Source of the DNA: Eledone cirrhosa
Lineage: Eukaryota
DNA length: 64,000 nucleotides
Direction: 5' to 3'
Assembly (NCBI GenBank): GCA_964016885.1
Contig: OZ024743.1
Location: forward strand, 205,220,001 to 205,284,000
The position numbers and the translations under genes are program-made. A model generated the notes under the pieces. The model did not search any database and was not told the origin of the DNA. It saw only the letters and a program-made list of their open reading frames with translations. Of this stretch, positions 13,861 through 27,130 are shown piece after piece. The stretch's first letter is position 1. Every line of letters starts with the position of its first letter.

Positions 13861-14060
13861 ATTTAATATAGAAATGGCTTCTACAGGACTAGAATCTGTT
13901 TCATTTGGGAGAAATCATCAGGGCTTCCTGATGATTTCTCTCGAATGAAACAGTTCTAGTCCTGTAGAAGCCATTTCTATATTAAATGTTTATACTCTGC
14001 TATGCATTGAGTACCTTACATACTGTGGTTACCCTCAATTGAACCCGGAATAAACTTAGA
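13861..14060. mobile_element. Fold-back element with back-to-back HHRs and tail
   Basis: Palindrome 13861-13988. Tail has TTGAGTAC at 14007. Same family at 22360-22555 and 33036-33160. Confidence 0.85.
13922..13972 (+). ncRNA. Type I hammerhead ribozyme
   Basis: ggcttc CTGATGA t-ttc-tctc-gaa-t GAAA cag-ttctagtc-ctg TA gaagcc. Confidence 0.85.
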
Positions 14061-14279
14061 TATATATATATATACATATGTACATATATATACATATGTA
14101 CATATATATACATATGTACATATATATACATATATGAGCAAAACATGGAAAATGGACGTTAAACAGGGAATATATATATTAATAAAAACGATGAGGTTTC
14201 GTTTACATATATTTAGTTTTTTATTGTGTAACAACCTATGCATTGAGTGCTCGTTTTGATACCACCACCAATATCATTT

Positions 14280-14525
14280 TCATCATTTCATTTTACGTCC
14301 GCTTTTTCCCTGCTTGCAAGAGTGGGACGGGAACTGGTTCTGGCTTGATTTCTACAGCTGGATGCCCTTCCTAACACCAACCTCATTTACAGTGAGTGCT
14401 GGGTGATTTTTTGCCGAGTAAACTGGAGCAATGTGAAATAAAGTGTCTTGCTCAAGGAAACAACACATCACCCAGCTTGAGAATTGAACTCACAACCTTT
14501 CGATTGCAAGGCCAATGCTCTAACT
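14280..14525 (-). mobile_element. SINE family 1, internally deleted
   Basis: Reverse-complement homology to 23618-23960. Confidence 0.85.
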
Positions 14526-14920
14526 CAGTATATATATATATATACTGAGAGAGAGAGAGGAGGGGGGAGAGAAATAAAAAGTAAAAGTAGAAAGTAGGAA
14601 AGCACAGAAGTATATTTAAAAATTCTTTTCGCCTTTAATCTGACAGAATTAAAATTTTTATATTTGATACATTAAATGGATTTAAGTTTTATGAATATTA
14701 CTGGTATTGATTGGTATATCAATATTATCAAATATAAAAAAAAAGTTTGTTCTCAGATTCTGTGGGTATTTAGAACATACGTACATCATGATCATCATCA
14801 TCGTTTAACGTCCATCTTCCACACTAGCATGGGTTAGACGTGAATTGTCCCATTTGAGGCAAGATTGGTCGGGTGACCGTGTCCCGCTTGTATATATATG
14901 TATATATATATATATATATA

Positions 14921-15129
14921 GTAATAATAATAAATTTGAAGACTAAAATCCAAAGAGGATAAGGATAAATATATATCAAATATATAAGAACCATAGGGCA
15001 AATATTTATTAAAATAACAGATTACAGTTTAAGCAAAGAATCGCTGCTTTCACCCTTAACGGAGTTTCAGAAGATCCTGTTAAGGGTGAAAGCAGCGATT
15101 CTTTGCTTAAACTTTAATCTGTTATTTTA

Positions 15130-15136
<7 letters not shown>
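14921..15136. mobile_element. Miniature derivative of the Naiad-type PLE (inverted pLTR plus forward pLTR)
   Basis: 14921-15002 matches 17912-17999 and 15063-15136 matches 20649-20722. Confidence 0.9.
15063..15113 (+). ncRNA. HHR, A4 variant (CAGAAGA core)
   Basis: agttt CAGAAGA t-cct-gttaa-ggg-t GAAA gca-gcgattctt-tgc TT aaact. Confidence 0.7.
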
Positions 15137-15190
<54 letters not shown>

Positions 15191-15914
15191 CATAGATTCA
15201 TACATACATATATATACACACACATACAAACATGCATACACATACATACATATATATACACACACACATACATACAAACATGCATACACATACATACATA
15301 TATATACACACACACATACAAACATGCATACACATACATACATATATATACATATATAGATACATATATGTAGATCCAGGGTTAAATTGGGTGAGGGGTA
15401 ACCTCAGTTAAAAAAGTACTCAATACATTAGTAGAGTGTTAACATCATTATTTAATGTAGAAATGGCATCTACAGGAAAATGAAACTGTTTCACACCTCT
15501 TATGATTTTTAGTTGGAAAGTTTGTATCTGTTGTGGTTTGTCTTGTGAGATTATTAAGTAAATAAATATTCTCAAAAGAATCCAGTTGCATTTTCAATTT
15601 CTTTTCCTTATATTTTTGCCCGTGTGGGACATTTTAAAAACCCTTACTTTCTCCTCTCTTTATCATCATCGTTTAACATCTATTTTCCCCACTAACATGG
15701 GTATATATATATATATATACATATATATGTGGAAAATGGACATTAAACGAATATGATGATATATATATATATAATAAAAAAACACGCTAAACATGCAAAG
15801 CATTGACGATAATGATGATGATGATGATGGTGGTGGTAGTGGTGGTGATGATGAAAGACTGTTTACTTTAAAATTATTCACAACTAATTATTATTAATAA
15901 CTAATATTATATAC

Positions 15915-16192
15915 CCTCATGTATGTATGTATCTATGTGTATGAAATTATATATATGTGCATTTGTATGTATGTAAGTATGTATGTACATATGTATGTAA
16001 TGTATATATGTATGTATGCATGTATGTATATAATGCAAGTATGTATATAATATATATATGTACGTATATGTATATATATGCATGTATGTATGTAATGTAT
16101 AAATGTATATATGTATGTATACATATATATATATATGTATATATAAATGAAAAGTATAGAAATTATTCTGAGCGTGAAGCCAACAGTATTTC

Positions 16193-16224
<32 letters not shown>

Positions 16225-16240
16225 ATGTATATATATATGC

Positions 16241-16295
<55 letters not shown>

Positions 16296-16394
16296 TGTAT
16301 ATATATATATATATATGCATGTATATGTATATATATGCATGTATATGTATATATATGCATGTATATGTATATATATATATGTATGTGTATATAC

Positions 16395-16463
<69 letters not shown>

Positions 16464-16480
16464 TGTATGTATGTATGTAT
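15915..16480. repeat. Degenerate (TA)n/(TATG)n tract
   Basis: Direct reading. Confidence 0.9.
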
Positions 16481-16738
16481 AAATAAATCTGCTGACGAAT
16501 ACTTTTATTTACAAACAGAAAATAAATATGAAGATAGAAATAAATTTTTTAAAACCGTCCATTTTTACATTTTAACCTCTTTTAAAACTGTTTTTCATGT
16601 TTTTGTTGAAAAATGAAATGAAACATGAATAGAAGAAACAAATGGAAAGAAAGAACAGATGCAATAAAATATTTTAAAATTTCAACTTACCTACCATACT
16701 TATTTGCTACTACCACTATTATTATTTTTATATTTTTA

Positions 16739-16789
<51 letters not shown>

Positions 16790-16898
16790 AACTACCACTA
16801 CAAAAAATACCAGTAATCTACTGGGTTTGATTTAGTCAACTTTCCCCCTTCCCTAGAAATTGCTGGCCTTGCGTCAAAAATAGAAGTAATAGTTGTTG

Positions 16899-16958
<60 letters not shown>

Positions 16959-17496
16959 ATTCTCTTGGAGAAATTTTCAGTTACATGAAAATTTGTAAAA
17001 TGTCTGTTGGTCGCCAAGGAAGGAATAAAATACTTTAGTTTCCTTTCTTCAAGCTTCTGTGCCAGTTTAGGTGATGGTTGTGATATTCTATGATGTCAAC
17101 TTGTTAAAGTACACACTCTCTCTCTCTCTCTCTCTCTCTCTTCTTTCAACCACTTTCATGCTCCTACACCCTTCACACTTCACCACCACTTCACCACCAC
17201 CACCACCATGTATTTTAATGTTTTTTTGTCTTCTTTCTCTCTCTCTCTTTATTTCCTATATCCCCCTTATATACATACACACTGTTACCACACCACACCA
17301 CACCATACCTTACCATGCCACACCACTTTCACCACCCTACTCCTTCTATTCCAACCTCAACCCCTCCCCTCATTCAGTTATGTACACATCAACATAGACA
17401 CAGAACATAGTTTTTTTGCCCCCCCCCCCCCCCCCCCGGGCTAGCTCCTCCCCTCTCTCTATATATATACATTCCCTATATATATATATACACATG

Positions 17497-17527
<31 letters not shown>

Positions 17528-17611
17528 GTTTATATGCATCAATGGATGTGTTTGTGTGTGAGTGAATGTCTGTGTATATATATATATGTATATACACTAC
17601 ATATATGGTAT

Positions 17612-17842
17612 TCATAGACAATGATCATTGGGTGAAAAAGTGCCAGGAAATCCCAGTGGAAGGAAGCCACAGTAGAAGTAGACCAAGAAAGACCTGGGCA
17701 GAGGTTGTGCGAGCGGACCTCAAATTGTTGAGACTCACAGAGGAGATGACAAAGGATCGTGGTCAGTGTAGAGATTCTGTGCAGAGAAGGATCTGTCCAA
17801 TTCATCTAAGCATGGAAAAATGGACATAAAAACAATGATGAT
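17612..17842 (+). mobile_element. RTE LINE 3' end
   Basis: DNDHWVKKC..VEG..RPRKTW followed by a gcatggaaaaatggac tail. Confidence 0.85.
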
Positions 17843-17845
17843 GTA

Positions 17846-17914
<69 letters not shown>

Positions 17915-18000
17915 ATAATAATAAAATTGAAGACTAAAATCCAAAGAGGGCTCGATAAGGAAAATATATATCAAATATATAAGAACCATAGAGCAAATAG

Positions 18001-19719
18001 GATTACCGTAAAACTAATCCGTGTGTCATCAATGAGATCAACGATGCTGGGTTTAAAATCACATCTGATCTCAACATCCTGGACCGGCGGACCGAACCTC
18101 TGGACCCTATCTCTCCCCACTTTACCCTGAAGGATCACAAATCCAATTTTCCGAACAACCCCTCTATTCGGCTTATTAACCCTATGAAGTCTGATTTAGG
18201 TAGACTTAGTAAAACGATTCTTGATAGAATTATACCTGAAATTAGAAGTTTGGCCCCTCTCGCACTGTGGAACAATTCTTTCGCGGTGATTGATTGGTTC
18301 AACGGCATATGTAACAAGGAACATTGCCATTTTATCCAATTCGACATCAACAATTACTACTCCTCCATCACTTTACCACTTCTCCTTAGAGCTATCAATT
18401 TCGCTAAAACACTCACAGTGGTTAAGGATTTCGAAGTTGATGTCATCCTTAATGCCCGAAAGTCGGTGATTAATTTCGACGACTCTATTTGGATTAAAAA
18501 ATCCAATAGTACCCCATTCGACGTGAGTATGGGCGCCAGTGACTCTGCGGAGGTTACTGATCTTATTGGCCTTTTCCTTCTTTTCTCTATCAAGGACGAA
18601 TTCCCCAACGCGGGCGGTGGTTTGTACCGTGACGATGGTCTTTTGTCCATGACTAAGTGCTGACCTCGTGCTTGCGACAGGTTCAGAAAAGAACTCACAG
18701 CCTTCTTTAAAGGCTTCAACCTCTCTATACAGGTTGAGGCCAATCTCTCGGTCGTTAATTACCTCGACGTTACCCTCAATTTATTGAATGGGTTGTATTA
18801 CCCGTATAGAAAGCCGAATGATACGCTTAATTACATAAGTAAGCATTCCAACCATCCTGCCAGCATAACCAAGAACCTGGTAAAAAACGTTTCGTTGAGG
18901 CTTTCCCGTCTTTCCACCAACGAGCGCATTTTCAACGACCATTCCACTTATTACAATGAAGCTCTTGCTCGAAGTGGATTTGTCGATAAGGTAGCATATA
19001 CAGAGTACGAAAATAGACCTAGAAGAAATAGATCCCGTCGCATTTGTTGGTTTAACCCACCATATAATATGGAGGTGGCCACACCATTAGCTAAGATCTT
19101 TCTTTCCCTTATTACGAAGCATTTTCCCCCTACACATAAATATAGTAAAATTCTTAATAGAAATACTATTAAAATTTCTTACTCTACGACTCCTAACCTT
19201 GCACATAACATCACAGCTTCAAATTTAGCTAAACTACCTAGCCGTAGGAACACGTGCAACCCTGTAGTTAGTACTAACTGTAATTGTAGGAATCGGGCTG
19301 ATTGCCCCCTATCCGGGAAATGCCTCTCTAGTAACATTGTCTACAAATGTAAGGTTGTAACACCCACGTCCCATAGGGCCTACATAGGGTTAACCACCAA
19401 TAGTTTCAAGCAGCGTCTTTACATGCATACCCATTCTTTTCGTTACCCTCTAAGAAGGAATATGACGTCACTTTCAGCTTATATCTGGAGTCTAAAAGAT
19501 AACCACACCCAATATAAGTTACACTGGGAGATCCTAGCTAGGGCTAGATCGTATAACGGAAATAAAAGACCATGTGACCTCTGCGCCGCTGAGGCCCTGG
19601 AAATACTCTACGCCACAGACCACATCTTAAACAAAAAATCTGAGGCAATTTCGGCTTGTAAACATAAATTGCACAAAACTTTCCTGTATTACAGCCCCAC
19701 GTTATACCCTAACGGATAG
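18001..19719 (+). pseudogene. PLE reverse transcriptase-GIY-YIG endonuclease ORF, N-truncated, with one in-frame TGA at 18661
   Basis: Motifs FTLKDHK..NNP.IRLINP, QFDI..YY, FDVSMG, GLYRDDGL, NYLDVTLNL, PYRKPN, WFNPPY, CNCR...CPL.GKC, IVY..YIG, CDLC..E. ORFs 18184 and 18784 are in the same frame. Confidence 0.9.
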
Positions 19720-20648
19720 CACGACCTATACGTGGATATTTTACGTCTTGATGTGGGAGCTAAGTATATGTTTTGTTTATTCCTTTACTTATTTGCATAG
19801 GTAAGTATATATTACCCGTATGTTTTGTGAAGGTATGTATACCTTCTCGTACGTATATTTGACTGTTATGGCGTATAATTTTTACATAGTCTGGTATTTA
19901 GGGTTTGGCTATGTGTATACGGGAGTTTTGCGTCTGCATGAGTATGCAGGTTCGTACGTATGGTGGGTGTGTGTATATGTGTACTTCTTGTTTTAGTTGA
20001 CTTACGTCTCCGAACATTCGTGTATTTATATGTAGGTATGCGTGTGCGCTTGTTATATACGTATTTATTTACTTATATACGTTGATATAATTATTTATTT
20101 ATTTGTACACAAGCATACACACACACACACATATTTATATGTGCGTGGTTTTGTATACCTATGGTAAGGTTTTGCGTATGCTTGTGTATGTACGTATCTG
20201 TTTGCATGTATGTATTTATTTGTTTCTATTACTTCTGTATTGTATTTATTTACTTTGTTCTGAACTCTGTAGCGGAGATTCATTCGGTCTCCTAGTTAGA
20301 ATATACTCTACAACTTCTGCTATACCATTTACGTGGTTTTGTCTTTGCGTGCTATTGTTCTCCATGCTCCACATATGACTTATTATCTTCGTTTTTTCGT
20401 TCATTGCCAGAGAACGTCTCTATGCACCACCTAAGAGAACATTAGTCTACGACCTCTTTTATACCATAAACGTGGTTCTGTCTTTGCGCGTAATTGTTTT
20501 TCACCGTTCCTATTAATGACGTATTATTCATTTTTTCCCGTTCTTTGCCAGCGAACGTCACCATGAACCAAAGTATCGTCTTCCTGTCTTCCTCCGGTTG
20601 CAACGTTTTTTGAAATATCCAGTTCTGCGTTTACAGATTGACTTTGTT

Positions 20649-20699
20649 AGTTTCAGAAGATCCCGTTAAGGGTGAAAGCAGCGATTCTTTGCTTAAACT
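20649..20699 (+). ncRNA. HHR, A4 variant, in the PLE 3' pLTR
   Basis: agttt CAGAAGA t-ccc-gttaa-ggg-t GAAA gca...tgc TT aaact. Confidence 0.75.
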
Positions 20700-20715
20700 T
20701 TAATCTGTTATTTTA

Positions 20716-20745
<30 letters not shown>

Positions 20746-20748
<3 letters not shown>

Positions 20749-21130
20749 CGATATTAATAAATGGAAACTATATTTATAAAACCATATTTATTTCATTATA
20801 TATATTTCAGGGATACCATATTAAATTATGGTATACCTTCATCAGACAAAATACAATATATAACAGTTTTATAAATAGCTTTGACGTACCATTTTAAAAG
20901 GGTACGTCAAAGCTATTTATAAAACTGTTATATATTGTATTTTGTTTGATGAAGGCATACCATAATTTAATATGGTATCCCTGAAATATGTATAATGAAA
21001 TAAATATGGTTTTATAAATATAGTTTCCATTTATTAATATCGTATATCTACTCCAAAAACTTGTCGAGTGCTTTATATCAGTTATAAAAATATTTACTTG
21101 TTGTATCCCAACAACTTTAAATAGAACTTT

Positions 21131-21133
<3 letters not shown>
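20746..21133. mobile_element. Fold-back element with HHRs and tail
   Basis: Arms 20746-20890 and 20901-21045. Tail carries TCGAGTGC and a gttg/caac hairpin. Diverged relative at 40017-40433. Confidence 0.85.
20789..20853 (-). ncRNA. Type I HHR (the plus-strand twin at 20938-21002 has TTGATGA)
   Basis: tattttgt CTGATGA aggtataccata-atttaa-tatggtatccct GAAA tatata TA atgaaata. Confidence 0.8.
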
Positions 21134-21168
<35 letters not shown>

Positions 21169-21170
<2 letters not shown>

Positions 21171-21860
21171 CATACGTTAAGACGGGCGTTCGGGAAAGTG
21201 AAAGTAAATTTATTTTCATTTTCGAACGTCGTGTTTACATTTTGTGTGTGTGTTTAGATCTAAATGGGTGTCGTTTTAACTGATTATATATATATGTATA
21301 TGTGTGTGTGTGTGTGTAGTTGACGGTTGAGAGAAGAGTACTCAATACCGAAGTAATCTTGTAATGAGGCTTGCAGAATGGTGAGTCCGCCATTCTAGAC
21401 GCTGCTGCCTTGCAGAAGTCCCAAATCGAAGCTCTGACACTCTCGTCCCCATCATTCAGCAGGGATTTTGCCAGGCAGCCGCATCATCTCCGATGGTTGG
21501 GCTTCCTATTTGGAAATTGAAGGTGGGATTTACGTTCATGATGTTGTGGTGCACAAACGGAACTTTGTAGATCCTGCGGACCTTGATGTGCACACACAGC
21601 TCATAAAGAACACATGGAGCCGTGCAAAGAAGAAGCTTCGTCGCCAGCATGTGCAAGCCTCATTACAAGATTACTTCGGTATTGAGTACTCTTCTCTCAA
21701 CCGTCAACTACACACACACACACACACACATATACATATATATATAATCAGTTAAAACGACACTCATTTAGATTTAAACACACACAAAATGTAAACACGA
21801 CACTCGAAAATGAAAATAAATTTACTTTCACTTTCCTGAACGCCCGTCTTAACGTATGCC
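21169..21860 (+). mobile_element. Merlin/ISXO2 (IS1595-like) transposase relic between ~205-bp inverted repeats
   Basis: EVPNRSSDTLVPIIQQ / LPGSRIISDGWASY...VVH..NFVDP....HTQ.I.NTW (frameshifted). Arms 21169-21374 and 21652-21860 with GGCAT/ATGCC termini. Confidence 0.8.
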
Positions 21861-21894
21861 TATATATATATATATATATATATATCATCATCAT

Positions 21895-22229
21895 CATCAT
21901 CATCATTTTACGTCCACTTTTCCCTGCTTGCAAGGGTGGGATGGGAACTGATTCTGGCTTGATTTCTACAGCTGGATGCCCTTCCTAACACCAACCTCAT
22001 TTACAGTGAGTGCTGGGTGCTTTTTTGCCGTGGCACCTCCACGACCACTTTGCAGTGGAATGATAGGGACCCCAGTCCCTATCATCTCATTTCTACAGCT
22101 GAGTAAACTGGAGCAATGTGAAATAAAGTGTCTTGCTCAAGGAAACAACACATCACCCGGTCTGAGAATTGAACTCACAACCTTTCGATTGCAAGGCCAA
22201 TGCTCTAACCACTAAGCCATGTGCCTCCA
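21895..22229 (-). mobile_element. SINE family 1, full length
   Basis: Close reverse complement of 23618-23960. Confidence 0.9.
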
Positions 22230-22326
22230 TATACAACAGTGGCCACGCGATTCGACATACCCAATGCCATGATCTCATCAGACAGCTTCTTACATAATAA
22301 GGTTACATTCTCGAGGCAATCCAAAT

Positions 22327-22359
<33 letters not shown>

Positions 22360-22362
<3 letters not shown>

Positions 22363-22553
22363 TTTTAATATAGATGAGATTCTACAGGACTAGAACTGTT
22401 TCATTCTTTAGAAATCATCAGGAATCCTGATGATTTCTAAAGAATGAAACAGTTCTAGTCCTGTAGAATCTCATCTATATTAAAACTTTTATACTCTGCA
22501 ATGTATTGAGTACCTTACTTACTGTGGTTACCTCCGATTCAACCCGGAATACC

Positions 22554-22555
<2 letters not shown>
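22360..22555. mobile_element. Fold-back element with back-to-back HHRs and tail
   Basis: Palindrome 22360-22488 centred on GGAATCC; TTGAGTAC at 22506. Confidence 0.85.
22378..22426 (-). ncRNA. Type I hammerhead ribozyme
   Basis: gattc CTGATGA t-ttc-taaa-gaa-t GAAA cag-ttctagtc-ctg TA gaatc. Confidence 0.85.
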
Positions 22556-22613
<58 letters not shown>

Positions 22614-23328
22614 GCTACTGTCCTCCCACACAGAGGAGCAAGTTTACTGGCAAGTTGCTGTACAACAAAAGACCTGTTGTCCACCAGTACAAGCATTGCA
22701 ACAGTAAAAGTAAATGTGCCAAGAGATTAGAGACTCCATCAAGAGGAGAGACCTCAGCTCCTTACACACTAAGACAATGTGTGTGCCATGATAGAATACA
22801 CTCAATGCACTGTTGACAAAAAGAGACAATATAAGGTAGAGAGAACTCCTCAGTCTGGCTATTCAGATGACAACCTTTCATGCTAGTGCCATGACAAAAT
22901 GTATCCCATGCACCCTGTAAAGTGGTAGTGTTGGTGCTATGATAAAATGCACCCAGTGCACTATGTAGGGTGGTTGTTCTTAGGAGGGGCATCCAACTGT
23001 AGAAACCAAATATGGAATGTATGAGAATGATAAGGTCTTTCTGACCTGTTTAGCCCCAGACTGTGACAACCCATCTAACCTATACTGATATGGAAGACAT
23101 GCTTACATTATTTAACATGCATTGTTTCATGCTGGTATGGGTTGGACTGACCAAGTCAGTACTTAATTGATGCAACTGGCCTCCCAGATAGGCTGAGGAC
23201 CACATGTCATATACATTTTGGGTTTAGCATGGTTTCTACTGCTGGATGCCCTTCCCGTTACCAACTATTTTGCAGAATGTACTGGATGGTTATTGTGTCC
23301 TTGACACAACTGAAAAAACCTGTCCACT

Positions 23329-23960
<632 letters not shown>

Positions 23961-23984
23961 AATGATGATATATATATATATATT

Positions 23985-24023
<39 letters not shown>

Positions 24024-24061
24024 ATTTGGATTGCCTCGAGAATGTAACCTTATTATGTAAG

Positions 24062-24140
24062 AAGCTGTCTGATGAGATCATGGCATTGGGTATGTCGAAT
24101 CGCGTGGCCACTGTTGTCATTGAAATATGTATCACAGCTT
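24062..24140 (+). ncRNA. Type I HHR with long stem II (element 24021-24265)
   Basis: aagctgt CTGATGA [46 nt] GAAA tatgta TC acagctt; 7-bp perfect stem I; TTGAGTGC at 24227. Confidence 0.85.
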
Positions 24141-24277
24141 TATCAATAAAGGACTTTAACATCTGAAACTACTTCGCATTTTCTTATTCTAAATATATTC
24201 CGTCATTCCTATGTGGAAAAAGTACGTTGAGTGCTTGAATTGAATTGCATCAATATTTACCGTAAGTATATATATAT

Positions 24278-24548
24278 AATAAACGACTGATAAGTTTCAG
24301 AAACCCGGAAGCCGGTACAATGCAGTAGAAATATATAAAAGGCAATGGATGACAAATAAAACAAACAAAGTAATTCATTTTATTTTGAACCGTTATCATT
24401 TTTACATTTGAAAAGAGGGTTCTAACCCTGAAATATTATGTAGAAATATACTGGGTAAAACATTACTTTGTTTTATTTGTCATTCTTTGGCCTTTATATA
24501 TTTTTACCACGTTGTACCAGCTTTCTGAAACTTATCAGTCATTTATTA
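24278..24548. mobile_element. Old fold-back element with central U3-A8 HHR candidate (24399-24446, +)
   Basis: Imperfect arms. tttttacat TTGAAAA g-agggtt-ct-aaccct GAAA ta TT atgtagaaa. Confidence 0.6.
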
Positions 24549-24879
24549 CATATCACACAATGTTTCATGTACACACACACACACACACATATTTATACAT
24601 ATGCATATATGTATATATGTATGTAGTAAGTAGAATCTAAGTCAGTGTTGCAACATAAGTACAAACTTTATTGGTATATTACAATTGTTTCAATATTAAT
24701 CAGCTAAGGGTAAAATCAAGATGACTGAGCCCGACTTTTTTTCGACATCTTGTTGGTAAGGTGATTGGTGTTAAGAGCATTCAGTTGTGGAATCCATGCC
24801 AAATATGGAATGTATCCATAAAATAAAGTATTAAACTGTGACAAAATTTCCAAATCCTGCCAGCAAGGAAAATGGACAT

Positions 24880-25360
24880 ATAATAATTGTTTCTACTTTT
24901 GGTACAAGGCCAGCAATTATCCCAGTGCATTACTGGTACTTTATTTTATCAACCCTGTAAGGATGAAAGGCAAAGTTAACCTCGGCGGGATTTGAACTCA
25001 GACCATAAAGGGCCGTAACTGCTAAGCATGGCGTCCGACCCTCTTCTGTTACTGCCAATCCATAGGCACTAGGCCATTAATTATTTTGGAGGAAATAAAT
25101 TAAATCGACCTCAGTATATTACTGGTACTTTATTTTATTGACCTCGTAAGGATGAAAGGCAAAGCTAACCTCGGTGGGATTTGAACTCAGACCGTAAAGG
25201 GCCATAACTCTATGCTGCAAAGCATGGTGTCCAACTCTCTACCGATACTGCCAATCCACTGCCTTTGGACATATAATAATTGTTTCTACTTTTGGCACAA
25301 GGCCAGTAATTATCCCAGTACATTACTGGTACTTTATTTTATCGACCCCGTAAGGACGAA
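24880..25360 (-). mobile_element. Three adjacent copies/fragments of SINE family 2
   Basis: Repeated ggatgaaaggcaaag..aacctcgg.gggatttgaactcag (B box on minus strand). Confidence 0.85.
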
Positions 25361-25564
25361 TATAATAATTGTTTTTAGACTTGTGATTTCTCTTCCAAGT
25401 AAAAACTTTTTCCTTTTTCTTCCTTTTCTCACTCTTGTCAATCATTCTATTTCCTTTATTTACCATTCTATCTTCTGATGAACGACTAACGTCCAAAACG
25501 TTAAGTCACTTTTTCTATTATAATAAGTGTTAAACTCTGTAAAGTGGTTGGTGATATATCCAGC

Positions 25565-25810
25565 CAGGGTTGAATTTAGACCTTAGGGGTACCTCATACA
25601 CAGAAAATTAGAATTCACAGCAATCCCCCAATTTTACATATCAAAGTTAACTTGGCGCAAGTAATTGGTAGTGAAAAGTTATACATACAGGTACTAAATT
25701 AAAAAATTCTAACCATCCTGAAACTAAAAATCCCAGCTGAGGGCACAAATAAATGACTATGAAAGACCTGGGGTAATTGCCCCCTTTGCTTCCCATTACA
25801 TCCAGTCCTG
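25565..25810. mobile_element. hAT-like non-autonomous transposon inserted in a SINE remnant
   Basis: CAGG/CCTG termini; 8-bp TSD tatccagc/catccagc; inverted homologue at 62045-62315. Confidence 0.75.
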
Positions 25811-26159
25811 CATCCAGCCATAGAAAACTTATGAAACAAAGAGTAGACAATGCTCTTCAGTTGTGTTAAACATTCGACTCTCACACTCTTCCTAGTGGTG
25901 ATATGATAAAACGAATGTCACACACTATAGAGTGTGGGAACGCATTTCAGTGAGATATAGCCCCAGTCTATCTGAGAGATCAATGGCCCCTTTTAAGTAC
26001 GGACTTGGTCTGGAAAGACCCATGCTAGCAGGGAAAACAGATGTTAAATAATTAACCCTTTTTTTCCTGCTTAACTTTCCCTTTCAAAACTAGTTGAAAA
26101 CACACAAACAGCATCAGGGTTTTAAAGAATGGGATCAAGCTTGTTAAATTATGGTGGTA

Positions 26160-26404
26160 TCATCATCATCATCATCATCATTTCATTTTACGTCCGCTTT
26201 TCCCTGCTTGCAAGGGTGGGACGGGAACTGAGTCTGGCTTGATTTCTACAGCTGGATGCCCTTCCTAACACCAACTTCATTTACAATGAGTGCTGGGTGC
26301 TTTTTTGCCATGGCACCTCCACGACCACTTTGCAGTGGAATGATAGGGACCCCAGTCCCTATCATCTCATTTCTACAGCTGAGTAAACTGGAGCAATGTG
26401 AAAT
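26160..26404 (-). mobile_element. SINE family 1, 5'-truncated
   Basis: Homology to 21895-22125. Confidence 0.85.
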
Positions 26405-26424
26405 AGAGCGAGAGAGAGACAGAG

Positions 26425-26585
26425 AGAGTTAGTTCCTCAACAAATTAGCAAACTATACTTGAGGACGCGTGTTTCACCTAGTGGATTTTCAACCTGTGGA
26501 ATTTGTTGTAGAACTAACTCTATATTGAACCCGTCCTCCAGACTGAGTGCTCTACTTACTATGGATATAACCTCCCAGATTTTAC

Positions 26586-26589
<4 letters not shown>
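26425..26589. mobile_element. Small fold-back element with U3-A8 HHR candidate (26459-26497, -)
   Basis: Arms 26425-26446 and 26500-26521. Minus strand: TTGAAAA t-cc-acta-gg-t GAAA cacgcg TC, stem I weak. CTGAGTGC at 26543. Confidence 0.55.
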
Positions 26590-26667
<78 letters not shown>

Positions 26668-26680
26668 ATATATATATATA

Positions 26681-26723
<43 letters not shown>

Positions 26724-26933
26724 CGTTTCTGAATTTGTTTAGCAAGATTCTTTATCTGAAAACGTGTGTTGAAACCGATATTGTTATACTTTGGGAGGGT
26801 CATGTTGCCAATAAGAAACACACGCACCAGTTGCTTTCACTTCAATTTATTATAAATTAAATTTATAAATTTAGGAAATTATAAATTTCCGGTTCGTTGG
26901 TTGGTTCGACAACCAGACGATTGTTCATATATT

Positions 26934-26976
26934 GTCAAAGTTCTTTCGTCACACATTCTGTTACCTCTTCAGTGAC
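26934..26976 (-). ncRNA. Minimal HHR in PLE pLTR
   Basis: gtca CTGAAGA g-gtaaca-gaatg-tgtgac GAAA gaac TT tgac. Confidence 0.75.
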
Positions 26977-27130
26977 TGGGGATTCTTTTCTTTGTTTTTG
27001 TGCCTCTCCTTTGTTCTGTCCTACGCCATTTTGTTTCTGTGTGTGTTTATGTTCATTTATTTATTTGTTTATTTACATGTTACTGGTTGGTTGTTTGTTC
27101 TATGTGTGTGTGTGTGTTTTCATTTTGTCC

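Larger units (their letters stand above)
17912..20722 (+). mobile_element. 5'-truncated Penelope-like element, Naiad-type
   Basis: Inverted pLTR tail at the 5' end, RT + GIY-YIG ORF, long 3' region ending in an HHR; (TA)n on both sides. Confidence 0.9.
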
